Source: Kofleriaceae bacterium (GTDB lineage Bacteria > Myxococcota_A > Polyangia > Haliangiales > Haliangiaceae). Taken from it: a stretch of DNA of 64,000 bases. The position numbers and the translations under genes were made by a program. The notes under the pieces are model-generated. The model made no database searches, was not told where the DNA came from, and was given only the letters and a program-made list of their open reading frames with translations. Positions 43,250-53,200 of the stretch are shown here, in pieces (positions within the stretch are counted from its first letter, which is position 1; each line of letters starts with the position of its first letter). The stretch covers positions 256,001 through 320,000 of the forward strand of contig CBDCCZ010000003.1 in NCBI GenBank assembly GCA_965215005.1, in the 5' to 3' direction.

Positions 43250-46200
43250 GTGAGTAGTAGCAGCTTCGAAGTCGTCGGTATCTCACCGTTCGAGCAGCCT
43301 GATCCCACCTTGGTCATCGCGCTCTGTCGAGCCGGTCACGTAGGCATGCTCGACCTTGGCCGCGACCCAGATGCGCGTCGCCTCGCCCTCGCGCGGCTGC
43401 TCCGCGCCGAGCTCGAGAGCTTCGCCGTGCGCGTTCCCGCCGATCAGCCGCTCGATCCGGCTGAGCTGCCGCCGCAGGCGCGACGAATCATCTTCAGCAG
43501 CGAGGTCGATTTGGCGCCGTGGCTCGCCGAGGCCACGCCGCGGCAACTTTGGATGGAGGTTCGATCGGCCCGGCAGGCCGCCGCAGCCATCGCCGCCGGC
43601 GCACACGGTTTGGTCGCCGTGGGCCACGAAGCAGGCGGGTTGGTTGGCAGCGAGACCAGCTTCGTGCTCCTGCAGCGGCTCGTAAAGCGATTCGATCGGC
43701 CGATTTGGGTGCGCGGCGGCATCGGGCTCCACACCGCCGCCGCGGCCATCGCAGGCGGCGCCGCGGGCGTCGTGCTCGATAGCCAGCTGGCGCTCGTGCG
43801 CGAATCAACGCTGCCGGAGTCGGTGCGCCGTGCCATCGCTAATATGGATGGCAGCGAGACCATCGTGGTCGCTGGCCACCGGTTGTTCACCCGTCCCGAC
43901 CTGCCAGTCGCGCAGCTGACTCATCTCACCACCGCCGCCGAAATCGCGCCTCGCCTGGGCGGTATCGATCTAACTGCGCAATATCTCCCTGCCGGGCAAG
44001 ATGCCGCGTTCGCCGCGCCTCTGGCCGCTCGCTTCCATACCGCCGGTGGCGTTGCCTCGGCCATCGCCAACAGCGTCGTCGAGCATGTGGCGCTCGCGCG
44101 TGAGCATCAACCGCTGGCGCGCGGCGCGGCGCTTGCTAACTCCCACGGCACCGAGTTCCCCATCGTGCAAGGGCCGATGACTCGCGTGAGCGACGGCGCA
44201 GGATTTGCCGCGGCGGTCGCGGAGGCCGGCGCGCTGCCGTTTCTGGCGCTGTCGCTCATGCGCGGAACCCAGGTTCGCAAGCTCCTATCGGAGACCCGCA
44301 TGCTCCTCGCGGGGCGGCCCTGGGGTGTTGGCATCCTCGGTTTCGTGCCTCCTGAGCTGCGCGACGAGCAGCTAGCGGCCATTGCCGACTTCGCGCCGCC
44401 GTTCGCGCTCATCGCCGGAGGCCGTCCGTCGCAAGCGCGGCCGCTCGAAGCGCAGGGTACCCAAGCCTATCTGCACGCGCCCTCGCCAGGCCTGCTGGAC
44501 ATGTTTTTGAAAGACGGCGCGCGGCGTTTCGTGTTCGAGGGCCGCGAGTGCGGCGGACACGTCGGGCCGCGCTCGAGCTTTGCGCTGTGGGAGGCGCAGC
44601 TCGAGCGGCTGCTGCACGTGGAAGACGCCGCTAACCTGCACCTGCTGTTCGCCGGCGGCATTCATGATGGGCGCTCGGCGGCAATGGTCGCTGCGATGGC
44701 AGCACCGCTGGCGGCCCGCGGCGCAAAGATCGGCGTCCTCATGGGCACCGCGTATCTGTTCACTCGCGAAGCCGTCGAGTCCGGCGCGATTGCCCCCGAG
44801 TTTCAAGCGCAAGCGCGCGGCTGCGACGAGACGGCCCTGTTAGAGACCTCTCCGGGGCATGCAGTGCGCTGCGTCGATACCGACTTCGTCGCGGTGTTCG
44901 AGCGCGAAAAGCAACGCCTGCTCGACGCTGGCTACTCCACCAAGGAAGCGTGGGCCGAGCTCGAGAAGCTCAACCTCGGCCGGCTGCGCATCGCCTCCAA
45001 GGGCCTGCGACGGCAGGACGGGTCGCTGGTGGCGGTGGATCTGGCCGAGCAGCGTCGCGACGGCATGTACATGATTGGCCAGATTGCTGGCCTGCGCGCC
45101 GACGTCTGCACCGCAACCGAGCTGCACGCCCAGGTTAGCGACGGCAGCACCGCGCACCTCGAGCACTTGCCAGTGCCCCACGTGGCGCCTGCAGAGGTGC
45201 CAGAGCCGCCGCAAGTCGATGTCGCAATCGTCGGCATGGCGTGCATTCTTCCAGGCGCCGCGGATCTCGATGCCTACTGGACCAACATCCTGCGCGGCAA
45301 GAACGCCATCACCGAGGTCCCGCGCGAGCGCTGGAATCCCGACGTCTACTACGACCCGGCGGCAGTTGGCGCCAACGCCGGCGCAAAGACGCCCTCGAAA
45401 TGGGGCGGCTTCATTCCGGCAACCGCTATCGACCCACTCGCATACGGCATCCCGCCGCGCTCGTTTGCCAGCATCGAGCCGGTCCAGCTTCTCAGCCTCG
45501 AGGTCGCCCGGCGCGCCCTCGAAGACGCTGGGTACGCTTCGCGTCCCTTCGCCCGCGAGCGCGCCTCGGTGATCTTTGGCGCCGAGGCCGGCACCGATTT
45601 GTCAGGAGCGTACGGCTTCCGCGCCTTCTATCCCACCGTTTGCGGCGAAATGCCGGACTCGGTCGACAGCGCGTTGCCGCGCCTCACCGAAGACTCGTTT
45701 CCCGGCGTGCTCGCCAACGTCATCGCCGGGCGCATCGCCAACCGCCTCGACCTCGGCGGGGTCAACTACACCGTCGACGCCGCGTGTGCCTCGTCGCTTG
45801 CTGCGATTGATTTGGCGGCAAAGGAATTGGCGAGCGGTGGCAGCGACATGGTGCTGTGCGGCGGCGCCGACGTCCACAACAGCATCAACGACTATCTGTT
45901 GTTCTCGAGCGTGCACGCGCTCTCCCCGACCGGCCAGTGCCACAGCTTCGACGCCCACGCCGACGGTATCGTGCTCGGCGAAGGCATCGCCTGCGTGGTG
46001 CTCAAGCGACTGAGCGATGCGCGCCGCGATGGCGACCGCGTGTATGCAGTCATCAAAGGCATCGCCGGCTCGAGCGATGGCCGCAGCCTCGGCCTGACCG
46101 CTCCGCGCAAAGAAGGCCAAATGCGCGCCCTGGAGCGCGCCTATCGCCGCGCCAACATCTCGCCCGCCGAAATCGGCTTGGTCGAAGCCCACGGCACCGG

Positions 46201-49200
46201 CACCGTGGTCGGGGATCGAACCGAGCTAGCGACACTTACAGAAGTCTTTACCGCGGCCGGCGCTGAGGTCGGCGGCTGCACCCTCGGCTCGGTCAAATCG
46301 CAGATCGGTCACACCAAATGCGCCGCGGGCATGGCCGCACTGATCAAGACTGCGCTGGCGATTCACCACGGGGTGCGGCCTCCCACAAACAACATCGAGC
46401 AGCCAAACCCCGGCTGGAAGGCCGACGTAAGTCCCTTTCACTTTCATCAACGCGCTCGCCCGTGGCCGTCGCCGCGGCGGCGCGCGGCGCTTAGTGCCCT
46501 CGGCTTTGGCGGCACCAACTTCCACGCAGTCATCACCGAAGCCGACAGCGAGCCAGCACCAGCGGGGCTGCGGCAGTGGCCTAGCGAGCTGTTCTTGGTG
46601 CGTGCCCGCAGTCGCGACGACGCCAGCCGCGTGCTCGATGCGCTCGAGCGTTGGGCTGACGCCATCGACGCCGGCAGCGACATTCGCCTGCGCGATCTCG
46701 CGCGCACCGTCGCCGAGGCAGACGCACCGGTGCAAGTGGCGTTCGTCGCCGGGTCTTGCGCCGAGCTCCGTCAGGCGTTGGCCTCGGCGCGTCGCTTCGC
46801 CGGCGATGGCAAGCGAGTTTTCGCGGCCGCGGAAGGCGCCGAGCTCGGCAAGGTCGCGTTTCTGTTTCCCGGCCAGGGCAGCCAACGCCCCGGCATGCTC
46901 GCGGAGCTGTTCGTCGCGTTTCCGGCGCTCCAGCGCCTCCTCGAGCTCGACGCCGAGGTCGCCCGCGCCATGTTCCCCGCCGCGAGCTTCTCGCCCGCTG
47001 ACGAAAGCGCTGCCAAACAGGCGATCACCGATACCCGCATCGCGCAGCCGGCGCTGGGAATCGCCGATCTCGCAATGGCCAGAATTTTGGCCAGCGTCGG
47101 CCTAACGCCAGACATGCTCGCCGGTCACAGCTATGGCGAGCTCGCCGCATTGTGCGCAGCCGGTGCCTTCGACGAGGCGACGCTGATCGCATTGAGCCGG
47201 GCTCGCGCTCGCTGCATCCTCGATGCTGCCGGCGATGATCCCGGGACCATGGCGGCGGTGGCGGCCGCTCCTGCAGAGCTCGAACGCGTGCTCGCCGAGC
47301 ACGACGTGGTCATCGCCAACTGCAACGCGCCGGCGCAGACGGTGATCTCGGGCGCCACCGCCGCGGTCGCGGGTGCGGTCGCGGCACTGCAGCAAGTCGG
47401 CATCACCGCGCGCTCGATTCCGGTGGCGTGCGCGTTCCACAGCCCGCTGGTTGCTAGCGCGCGCGAGTCCTTTGCAGCGGTACTCGGCGACGCCGCCATC
47501 GCAGCGCCAGCCGCGCCGGTGTACTCCAACGTAACCGCCGCGCCGCACGTGCTCGCCCCTGAAGCGATTCGCCAGGGCCTTGCCGCGCAGCTCGCCGAGC
47601 CCGTGCGCTGGGTCGAGCAAATCGAGGCCATGTATCAAGCCGGTGCGCGCGTCTTCGTCGAGGTCGGTCCTGGTCGCGTGCTTACCGGACTCACCGCCAA
47701 GATCCTCGGCCAGCGGCCGCACCTCGCGATCGCCTGCGACGATGCTGCCGCGCCGCTAGAAGGCCTTTTGGCGACTCTTGCACAGCTGGCCGTCCTCGGT
47801 CTGCCGCTCGATCCGAGCGCGCTGTTCACCGGTCGCGACGCGCGCGTCGTGCGTCTGGAAAACGAGCCACCGGCGCGACCAGCCTCGGTATGGCTCGTCG
47901 ACGGCCACACCGCCAAACCTGCCCGCGGAGAGCCGCCAGCAGGCTCGTATCGACCCATCACCGCGCCGGTGGTGCGCCATTCGTCATTGTCACCCGGCGC
48001 TGCCGGTTCTGAGGGAGAAGCCATGTCCTCTACGCCTTCGGTCGATCCACGCGAAGCGGTGGTCGTCGAGTTCTTGCGCACCATGCGCGAGACCGTCGCC
48101 GCGCAACGCGACGTTATGCTCAGCTACCTCGGGCAGTCGACAGCCGTCACCTACGCGCCAATCGCTGCGCCCTCGCCCGTGACCACGCTACATGCGCCGG
48201 TGATGACGCCAGCCGTGGATCTCGTGCAAGCCGTGCCCGCCGAGGTGACCGCGGTCGGCTCCAGCGCCGTCGCCACGCCCTCCCGCAGCGTCACCGACAC
48301 GTTGCTCGGCATCGTGAGCGACCGCACCGGCTATCCCCTCGAAATGCTCGACCTCGACTTGGATCTCGAAGCCGAGCTCAGCATCGACTCCATCAAACGC
48401 ATTGAGATTCTCGGCGCGCTGCGCGAGGAAACCGGTCTCGAGCCGCCTGCTGGCGCCACCGAAGACGAGGTGGTCGAGGAGCTGGCGCAGATGAAGACCC
48501 TGCGCGGCATCATCGATTGGCTCGAGGCCAACCAGGGCGCTGAAGCCGCAGAGGCTGGCAAGCCCGCCGGGCAAATCGCCGACGGCGGCCCCGCGCAGCT
48601 CACTAACGGCGACCCCGCGCAACTCATCAATGGCCGCCCGGCGCAAATCACCAATGGCGCGCCTGCGCAACTCACCAATGGCGGTCCCGCGCAAATCACC
48701 AATGGCCCGCCTGCCGCCAGCCCCGCGCAGCGCATCGTTGCCGACGAGCTGCCCCTGCGGCGCTACGTCCTGCGGCTCCGCGAGGCCGGCCCGGCAGTGG
48801 TCAATGCCGCTGGTCTCGAAGGCCAGCGCTTTGCCGTCACCGACGATGGTCGCGGCATCGCCCAAGCAATGGCCGAGGCGCTCCGCGAATACGGCGCTGA
48901 GGTCGATATTCTCGGGCCCGGCGATCGCCCCGGTCTGGTCGACGGCTTGGTTCACTTAGCGACGCTCGCAGATGGCGCCGATCACGAATCCATCAAGCAG
49001 CTGTTCTCGCTCTCGCGCGATGCGCTGGTCGGCGGCGCCCGCTGGATCGTCGCTGCCTCGCCGCTCGGCGGCCGCTTCGGCATCGGCGGCACGAGCTCAG
49101 GGCTCCGGCTCGGCGGCGTCTCTGGCCTCATCAAGACCCTGGCGCGCGAGTGGCCCGAGGCGCACGTGCGGGTGGTCGACGTCGATCCCGCAGCGGTTCC

Positions 49201-50221
49201 AGACTCGCTCGCCCGCCTTCTATGTATCGAGCTACTCGACGGCGGCCATTCGGTTGAAGTCGGCTACGACGGCGAGGTTCGCTACACCGTCGCCGCCGAG
49301 GCCTTGGACGCACGCGCCGATCGCGACCTCGGGCTCGACAGCAACTCGGTCGTCCTCCTCACCGGCGGTGCCCGCGGCATTACCGCCCGCGTCGCGGTGA
49401 CACTAGCCGAACGGTATCGCTGTCAGCTCGAGTTGGTCGGCCGTTCGCCGCTGCCCAAAGCAGACGAAGATCCCCAGCTGGCGCGCGCCGAATCTGCCCC
49501 CGCGCTGCGCAAAGCCCTCCTCAGCAACGGCCTGCGCAGTCCCGCCGAGATCGAAGCCGAGTGCCGCCGCATCCTTGGCGCCCGCGAGATCCGCGCCACG
49601 TTGAAGGCCATCGAAGCCGCCGGCGGCACCGTCACCTACCACTCGTGCGACGTTCGCGATGCCGAAGAGTTCGCGGCGCTCATCGACCGCATCTACGCCG
49701 ACCGCGGTCGGCTCGATGGTGTCATTCATGGCGCTGGAATCCTCGAAGATAAGCTCGCTCGCGACAAAACCGATGCTTCGTTCGCACGCGTCTTCGATAC
49801 CAAGGTCAATGGCGCCTTGGTGCTGGCTGACAAGCTCCGTCGCGACACTCGCTTCGTCGCGTTCTTCGGCAGTGTCTCTGGAGTGTTTGGCAATCGCGGT
49901 CAAGCAGACTACGCCGCCGCCAACAACGCGCTCGACCACATCGCGCGCGCGCTCAACGAGAAGATCGCCGGTCGCGCGGTAGCGGTCGATTGGGGGCCGT
50001 GGAGCGGCACCGGCATGGTGTCTGCCGAGCTCGAGCGCGAGTACGCACGGCGCGGCATTGGCCTCATCGAGCCCAGTGATGGCGTTGGGCGTCTGCTCGA
50101 CGAGCTGGCCCAACGCAGCTCTGAGCCGCAGGTGGTGTTCATGTGCGCCGAGCCAGCAGCGATGGGCATGAGCGTGTCGAGCAAGAAGGGCCGCCGAGGA
50201 AGCACCGCCAGCCATGCCTGA
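43250..50221 (+). CDS. Pfa-like type I PKS: two FabK/nitronate-monooxygenase-like (ER-like) domains, KS, AT, ACP, KR
   Basis: GHEAGG and EGRECGGH TIM-barrel motifs; KS DAACASS/HGTGT/GHTK; AT GQGSQ/GHSYG/AFHS; ACP IDSIKR; KR TGGARGI/YAAAN. Confidence 0.93.
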   Translation: MSSSSFEVVGISPFEQPDPTLVIALCRAGHVGMLDLGRDPDARRLALARLLRAELESFAVRVPADQPLDPAELPPQARRIIFSSEVDLAPWLAEATPRQLWMEVRSARQAAAAIAAGAHGLVAVGHEAGGLVGSETSFVLLQRLVKRFDRPIWVRGGIGLHTAAAAIAGGAAGVVLDSQLALVRESTLPESVRRAIANMDGSETIVVAGHRLFTRPDLPVAQLTHLTTAAEIAPRLGGIDLTAQYLPAGQDAAFAAPLAARFHTAGGVASAIANSVVEHVALAREHQPLARGAALANSHGTEFPIVQGPMTRVSDGAGFAAAVAEAGALPFLALSLMRGTQVRKLLSETRMLLAGRPWGVGILGFVPPELRDEQLAAIADFAPPFALIAGGRPSQARPLEAQGTQAYLHAPSPGLLDMFLKDGARRFVFEGRECGGHVGPRSSFALWEAQLERLLHVEDAANLHLLFAGGIHDGRSAAMVAAMAAPLAARGAKIGVLMGTAYLFTREAVESGAIAPEFQAQARGCDETALLETSPGHAVRCVDTDFVAVFEREKQRLLDAGYSTKEAWAELEKLNLGRLRIASKGLRRQDGSLVAVDLAEQRRDGMYMIGQIAGLRADVCTATELHAQVSDGSTAHLEHLPVPHVAPAEVPEPPQVDVAIVGMACILPGAADLDAYWTNILRGKNAITEVPRERWNPDVYYDPAAVGANAGAKTPSKWGGFIPATAIDPLAYGIPPRSFASIEPVQLLSLEVARRALEDAGYASRPFARERASVIFGAEAGTDLSGAYGFRAFYPTVCGEMPDSVDSALPRLTEDSFPGVLANVIAGRIANRLDLGGVNYTVDAACASSLAAIDLAAKELASGGSDMVLCGGADVHNSINDYLLFSSVHALSPTGQCHSFDAHADGIVLGEGIACVVLKRLSDARRDGDRVYAVIKGIAGSSDGRSLGLTAPRKEGQMRALERAYRRANISPAEIGLVEAHGTGTVVGDRTELATLTEVFTAAGAEVGGCTLGSVKSQIGHTKCAAGMAALIKTALAIHHGVRPPTNNIEQPNPGWKADVSPFHFHQRARPWPSPRRRAALSALGFGGTNFHAVITEADSEPAPAGLRQWPSELFLVRARSRDDASRVLDALERWADAIDAGSDIRLRDLARTVAEADAPVQVAFVAGSCAELRQALASARRFAGDGKRVFAAAEGAELGKVAFLFPGQGSQRPGMLAELFVAFPALQRLLELDAEVARAMFPAASFSPADESAAKQAITDTRIAQPALGIADLAMARILASVGLTPDMLAGHSYGELAALCAAGAFDEATLIALSRARARCILDAAGDDPGTMAAVAAAPAELERVLAEHDVVIANCNAPAQTVISGATAAVAGAVAALQQVGITARSIPVACAFHSPLVASARESFAAVLGDAAIAAPAAPVYSNVTAAPHVLAPEAIRQGLAAQLAEPVRWVEQIEAMYQAGARVFVEVGPGRVLTGLTAKILGQRPHLAIACDDAAAPLEGLLATLAQLAVLGLPLDPSALFTGRDARVVRLENEPPARPASVWLVDGHTAKPARGEPPAGSYRPITAPVVRHSSLSPGAAGSEGEAMSSTPSVDPREAVVVEFLRTMRETVAAQRDVMLSYLGQSTAVTYAPIAAPSPVTTLHAPVMTPAVDLVQAVPAEVTAVGSSAVATPSRSVTDTLLGIVSDRTGYPLEMLDLDLDLEAELSIDSIKRIEILGALREETGLEPPAGATEDEVVEELAQMKTLRGIIDWLEANQGAEAAEAGKPAGQIADGGPAQLTNGDPAQLINGRPAQITNGAPAQLTNGGPAQITNGPPAASPAQRIVADELPLRRYVLRLREAGPAVVNAAGLEGQRFAVTDDGRGIAQAMAEALREYGAEVDILGPGDRPGLVDGLVHLATLADGADHESIKQLFSLSRDALVGGARWIVAASPLGGRFGIGGTSSGLRLGGVSGLIKTLAREWPEAHVRVVDVDPAAVPDSLARLLCIELLDGGHSVEVGYDGEVRYTVAAEALDARADRDLGLDSNSVVLLTGGARGITARVAVTLAERYRCQLELVGRSPLPKADEDPQLARAESAPALRKALLSNGLRSPAEIEAECRRILGAREIRATLKAIEAAGGTVTYHSCDVRDAEEFAALIDRIYADRGRLDGVIHGAGILEDKLARDKTDASFARVFDTKVNGALVLADKLRRDTRFVAFFGSVSGVFGNRGQADYAAANNALDHIARALNEKIAGRAVAVDWGPWSGTGMVSAELEREYARRGIGLIEPSDGVGRLLDELAQRSSEPQVVFMCAEPAAMGMSVSSKKGRRGSTASHA
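48584..48715 (+). repeat. In-frame 24-bp tandem repeat (5.5 copies) encoding G.PAQ[LI][TI]N
   Basis: Units start at 48584, 48608, 48632, 48656, 48680 and 48704 (partial), in the ACP-KR linker. Confidence 0.9.
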
Positions 50222-53200
50222 TGACGCTTCTTCGAGCGTCGCCATCGTCGGCATGGCCGCGGTGTTTCCGGGCGCTGCAACTCTAGACGCGTTCTGGAGC
50301 AACATCGTCGCCGGCGTCGATGCCATCGGCGAGGTGCCGGCGAGCCGTTGGGATCCGGCGTTTTACGATCCCAGCGCCTCCGGCATCGATCGCTTCTATT
50401 GCAAGCGCGGCGGCTTCATCGACGACTACGCCACGTTCGATGCAGTCGACTTTGGCGTGATGCCAGCGGCCGCCGAAGGCGCCGAGCCCGATCAACTGTT
50501 GTGTCTGCGTGCCGCGGCCGCGGCACTCGCCGACGCCGGCTGCCCTCGGCCCGCCTCCGAGCGCACCGGCATCATCATGGGTCGCGGCGGCTACTTGACG
50601 CCGGGCATGGCGCGACTCGATCAGCACGTGCGCACCGCAGAGCAGCTGGCGGTGAGCTTACGGGGCTTGATTCCTGGCCTCACCGAGGCGCAGCTCGACG
50701 AGGTCAAGCGCGAGTTTCGCGCCCAGCTCGGCGCTGTGGGCCCCGATTCGGCCATCGGCTTGGTTCCCAATCTGGCCGCCTCGCGCGTGGCCAATCGCCT
50801 CGACCTGCGCGGTCCCGCCTACACCGTCGACGCGGCCTGCGCCTCCTCGCTGGTGGCCATCGACCAAGCGTGCAGCGAGCTGCGCACCGGTCGCTGCGAC
50901 CTCATGCTGGCGGGCGGCGTTCACCTCTGCCACGACGTCACCTTCTGGAGCGTCTTCAATCAACTCGGCGCCCTCAGCCGCAGCCAACGAATACGCCCGT
51001 TTGATCGCGACGCGGACGGTCTACTCATCGGCGAGGGTGTTGGCATCATCGTCCTCAAGCGGCTCGTTGATGCCGAACGTGCAGGCGACCGCATCTGGGC
51101 CGTCATCCGCGGCACCGGCGTTGCGAGTGATGGCCGCGCCTCCACTCTCATGAGCCCGCGGGTCGAGGGCCAGGTGCTGGCGCTGCAACGCGCGTGGGCG
51201 GATGCGCGCCTCTCGCCGCAAACCGTTGGCCTCATCGAGGCTCACGGCACCGCCACTCCTGCCGGCGATGCCGCCGAGCTGCGCACGCTGCGCCAGGTCT
51301 TCGGGGACGAAGGCGCACCGGTCGCGCTCGGCTCGGTCAAGTCGATGATTGGCCACGCCATGCCGGCTGCTGGCATCGCCGGCGTCATCAAAGCAGCGCT
51401 CGCCCTGCATCATCAGGTGTTGCCACCAACGCTGCACTGCGAAGCGCCGCATCCGCTGCTGCAGGGAGCGCGCTTGCGGACATCGGCTGCTGCTGCACCG
51501 TGGCACGAGCGTCGCCGCGCCGCGATCAACGCGTTCGGCTTCGGCGGCATTAATGCGCACCTAGTTCTCGATGCTGTTGACGAAGCGCCCCGCCGTGCCC
51601 GCCGCACCGGCGGCCGCAGCGTTCATCGCAGCACGCCCGCGCTCGCGCTCTATGCTGCCGATGACCTGCCATCGCTAGACGCCATGCTCGCAGAGCAGCG
51701 CCCCGCCGGCCGCGACGGTCGATGCCGCGTCGCGCTCTTGGATCCATCGCCCGAGCGGCGCGAGCGCGCGCGCCAGCTCGTTGCCCGCGAGCGGCCATGG
51801 AATGGTCGTAAGGACATCTGGCTTAGCCCCGATGCGCTGGCGCTTAGAGGCGGAAAACTGGCCTTCGTATTTCCTGGCCTCGAAGCCACGTTCGACCCCC
51901 GCGTCGACGACCTCGCCGCCCGCTTCGGCATCGACGTACCGCCAGTGCGCGGGGCCACGGAGCTCGAACGGCACGGCACCGCGCTGGTATCGGTGTCGCG
52001 GGTTTTAGACCTGGCGCTTGCGCGCCTAGGCGTTCGCCCCGACGTCATCGCTGGCCACAGCGTCGGCGAGTGGGCCGGAATGATCGCCGCCGACATGATT
52101 CCCCAGAACCGCATCGAGCAGTTTCTCGACACCATCGCGCCCGGCGGCCTCGAGGTTCCCGACGTCGCGTTTTTGGCGGTTGGCGCCGGCGCCGACCGCG
52201 TGCGCGAGGTGATTGCGGAGCTGCCTGCAGTGGCCATCTCGCACGACAACTGCCCGCACCAATCCATTCTCTGCGGGCCAGACGCCGACATTGCCGAGGC
52301 CAGCACGCGGCTGCGTGCAGCGCGAATTTTGTCGCAGTTGTTGCCGTTCCGCTCGGGCTTCCACTCCAAGAGCTTCGCGCCGCATCTGGCCGGTCCGCGC
52401 GCCAACATCGAGGCATTGCCACTCGGCCCGCCGCGAGTGCCGGTGTATTCGGCAACCACCTGCGCGCCCTACCCCACCGAGCTACCCGCGGTGCGCGCAC
52501 TGATGATCGATCACCTCGTCGAGTCGGTGCGTTTCCGCCAGCTCACCCAGCGACTGCACCGCGACGGCGTTCGGCTGTTCGTGCAAGTCGGCGGCGGCAG
52601 CTTGGTAAGCTTCATCGAAGATACGCTCCGCGATGAGCCGCATCGCGCGGTGGCAGCGAGCGACAGCAAGCGCTCGGGACTCGAGCAACTGCGCCGTCTG
52701 GGCGCCGCGCTGTGGGTCGAGGGTGTCGATGTCGACTTTGAGTGTCTTCCCGGCGCGTTGTTGCGTGGTGAGCGTGCGGCCAGAAAATCGGCCCCGATGC
52801 GGCTCGCGCTCGGTGCGCCGCTGGTGCGCTCGGCGCGCCCGCTCGAGGGCCTTAGCGGAAGCGGTTCGCAAGGCGCCGCTCACGCCAGCTTCCAAGGACT
52901 CTCGCCGGCGGTCGCGCGCGAGCTGCAGACCACGCTCGGACAGCTCCACGCGGTGAGCACGGAAATTTCTCAGGCGCTGCAGCGACGGCCCACCGCCGCG
53001 CCCAGCGCCGCCGCGCCAATCGCCGCCGCGCCAATCGCCGCAAGCCACAGCGTCGCCGCGCCCAGCGCCGCCGTCGCGTCCGCAGCGAGAATCTGGAAAG
53101 TCCCGCTGTCGGTAGTCGAATACCCCGAGCTTCTCGACCACTGCTTCTATCGCCAACCCGCCGGCTGGTCGTCCATCGAAGACCGCTTCCCGGTCGTGCC

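Noticed and set aside
52990..53075. Short Ala/Pro repeat (APIAA x2) in the second PKS
   Set aside because: Ordinary low-complexity interdomain linker.
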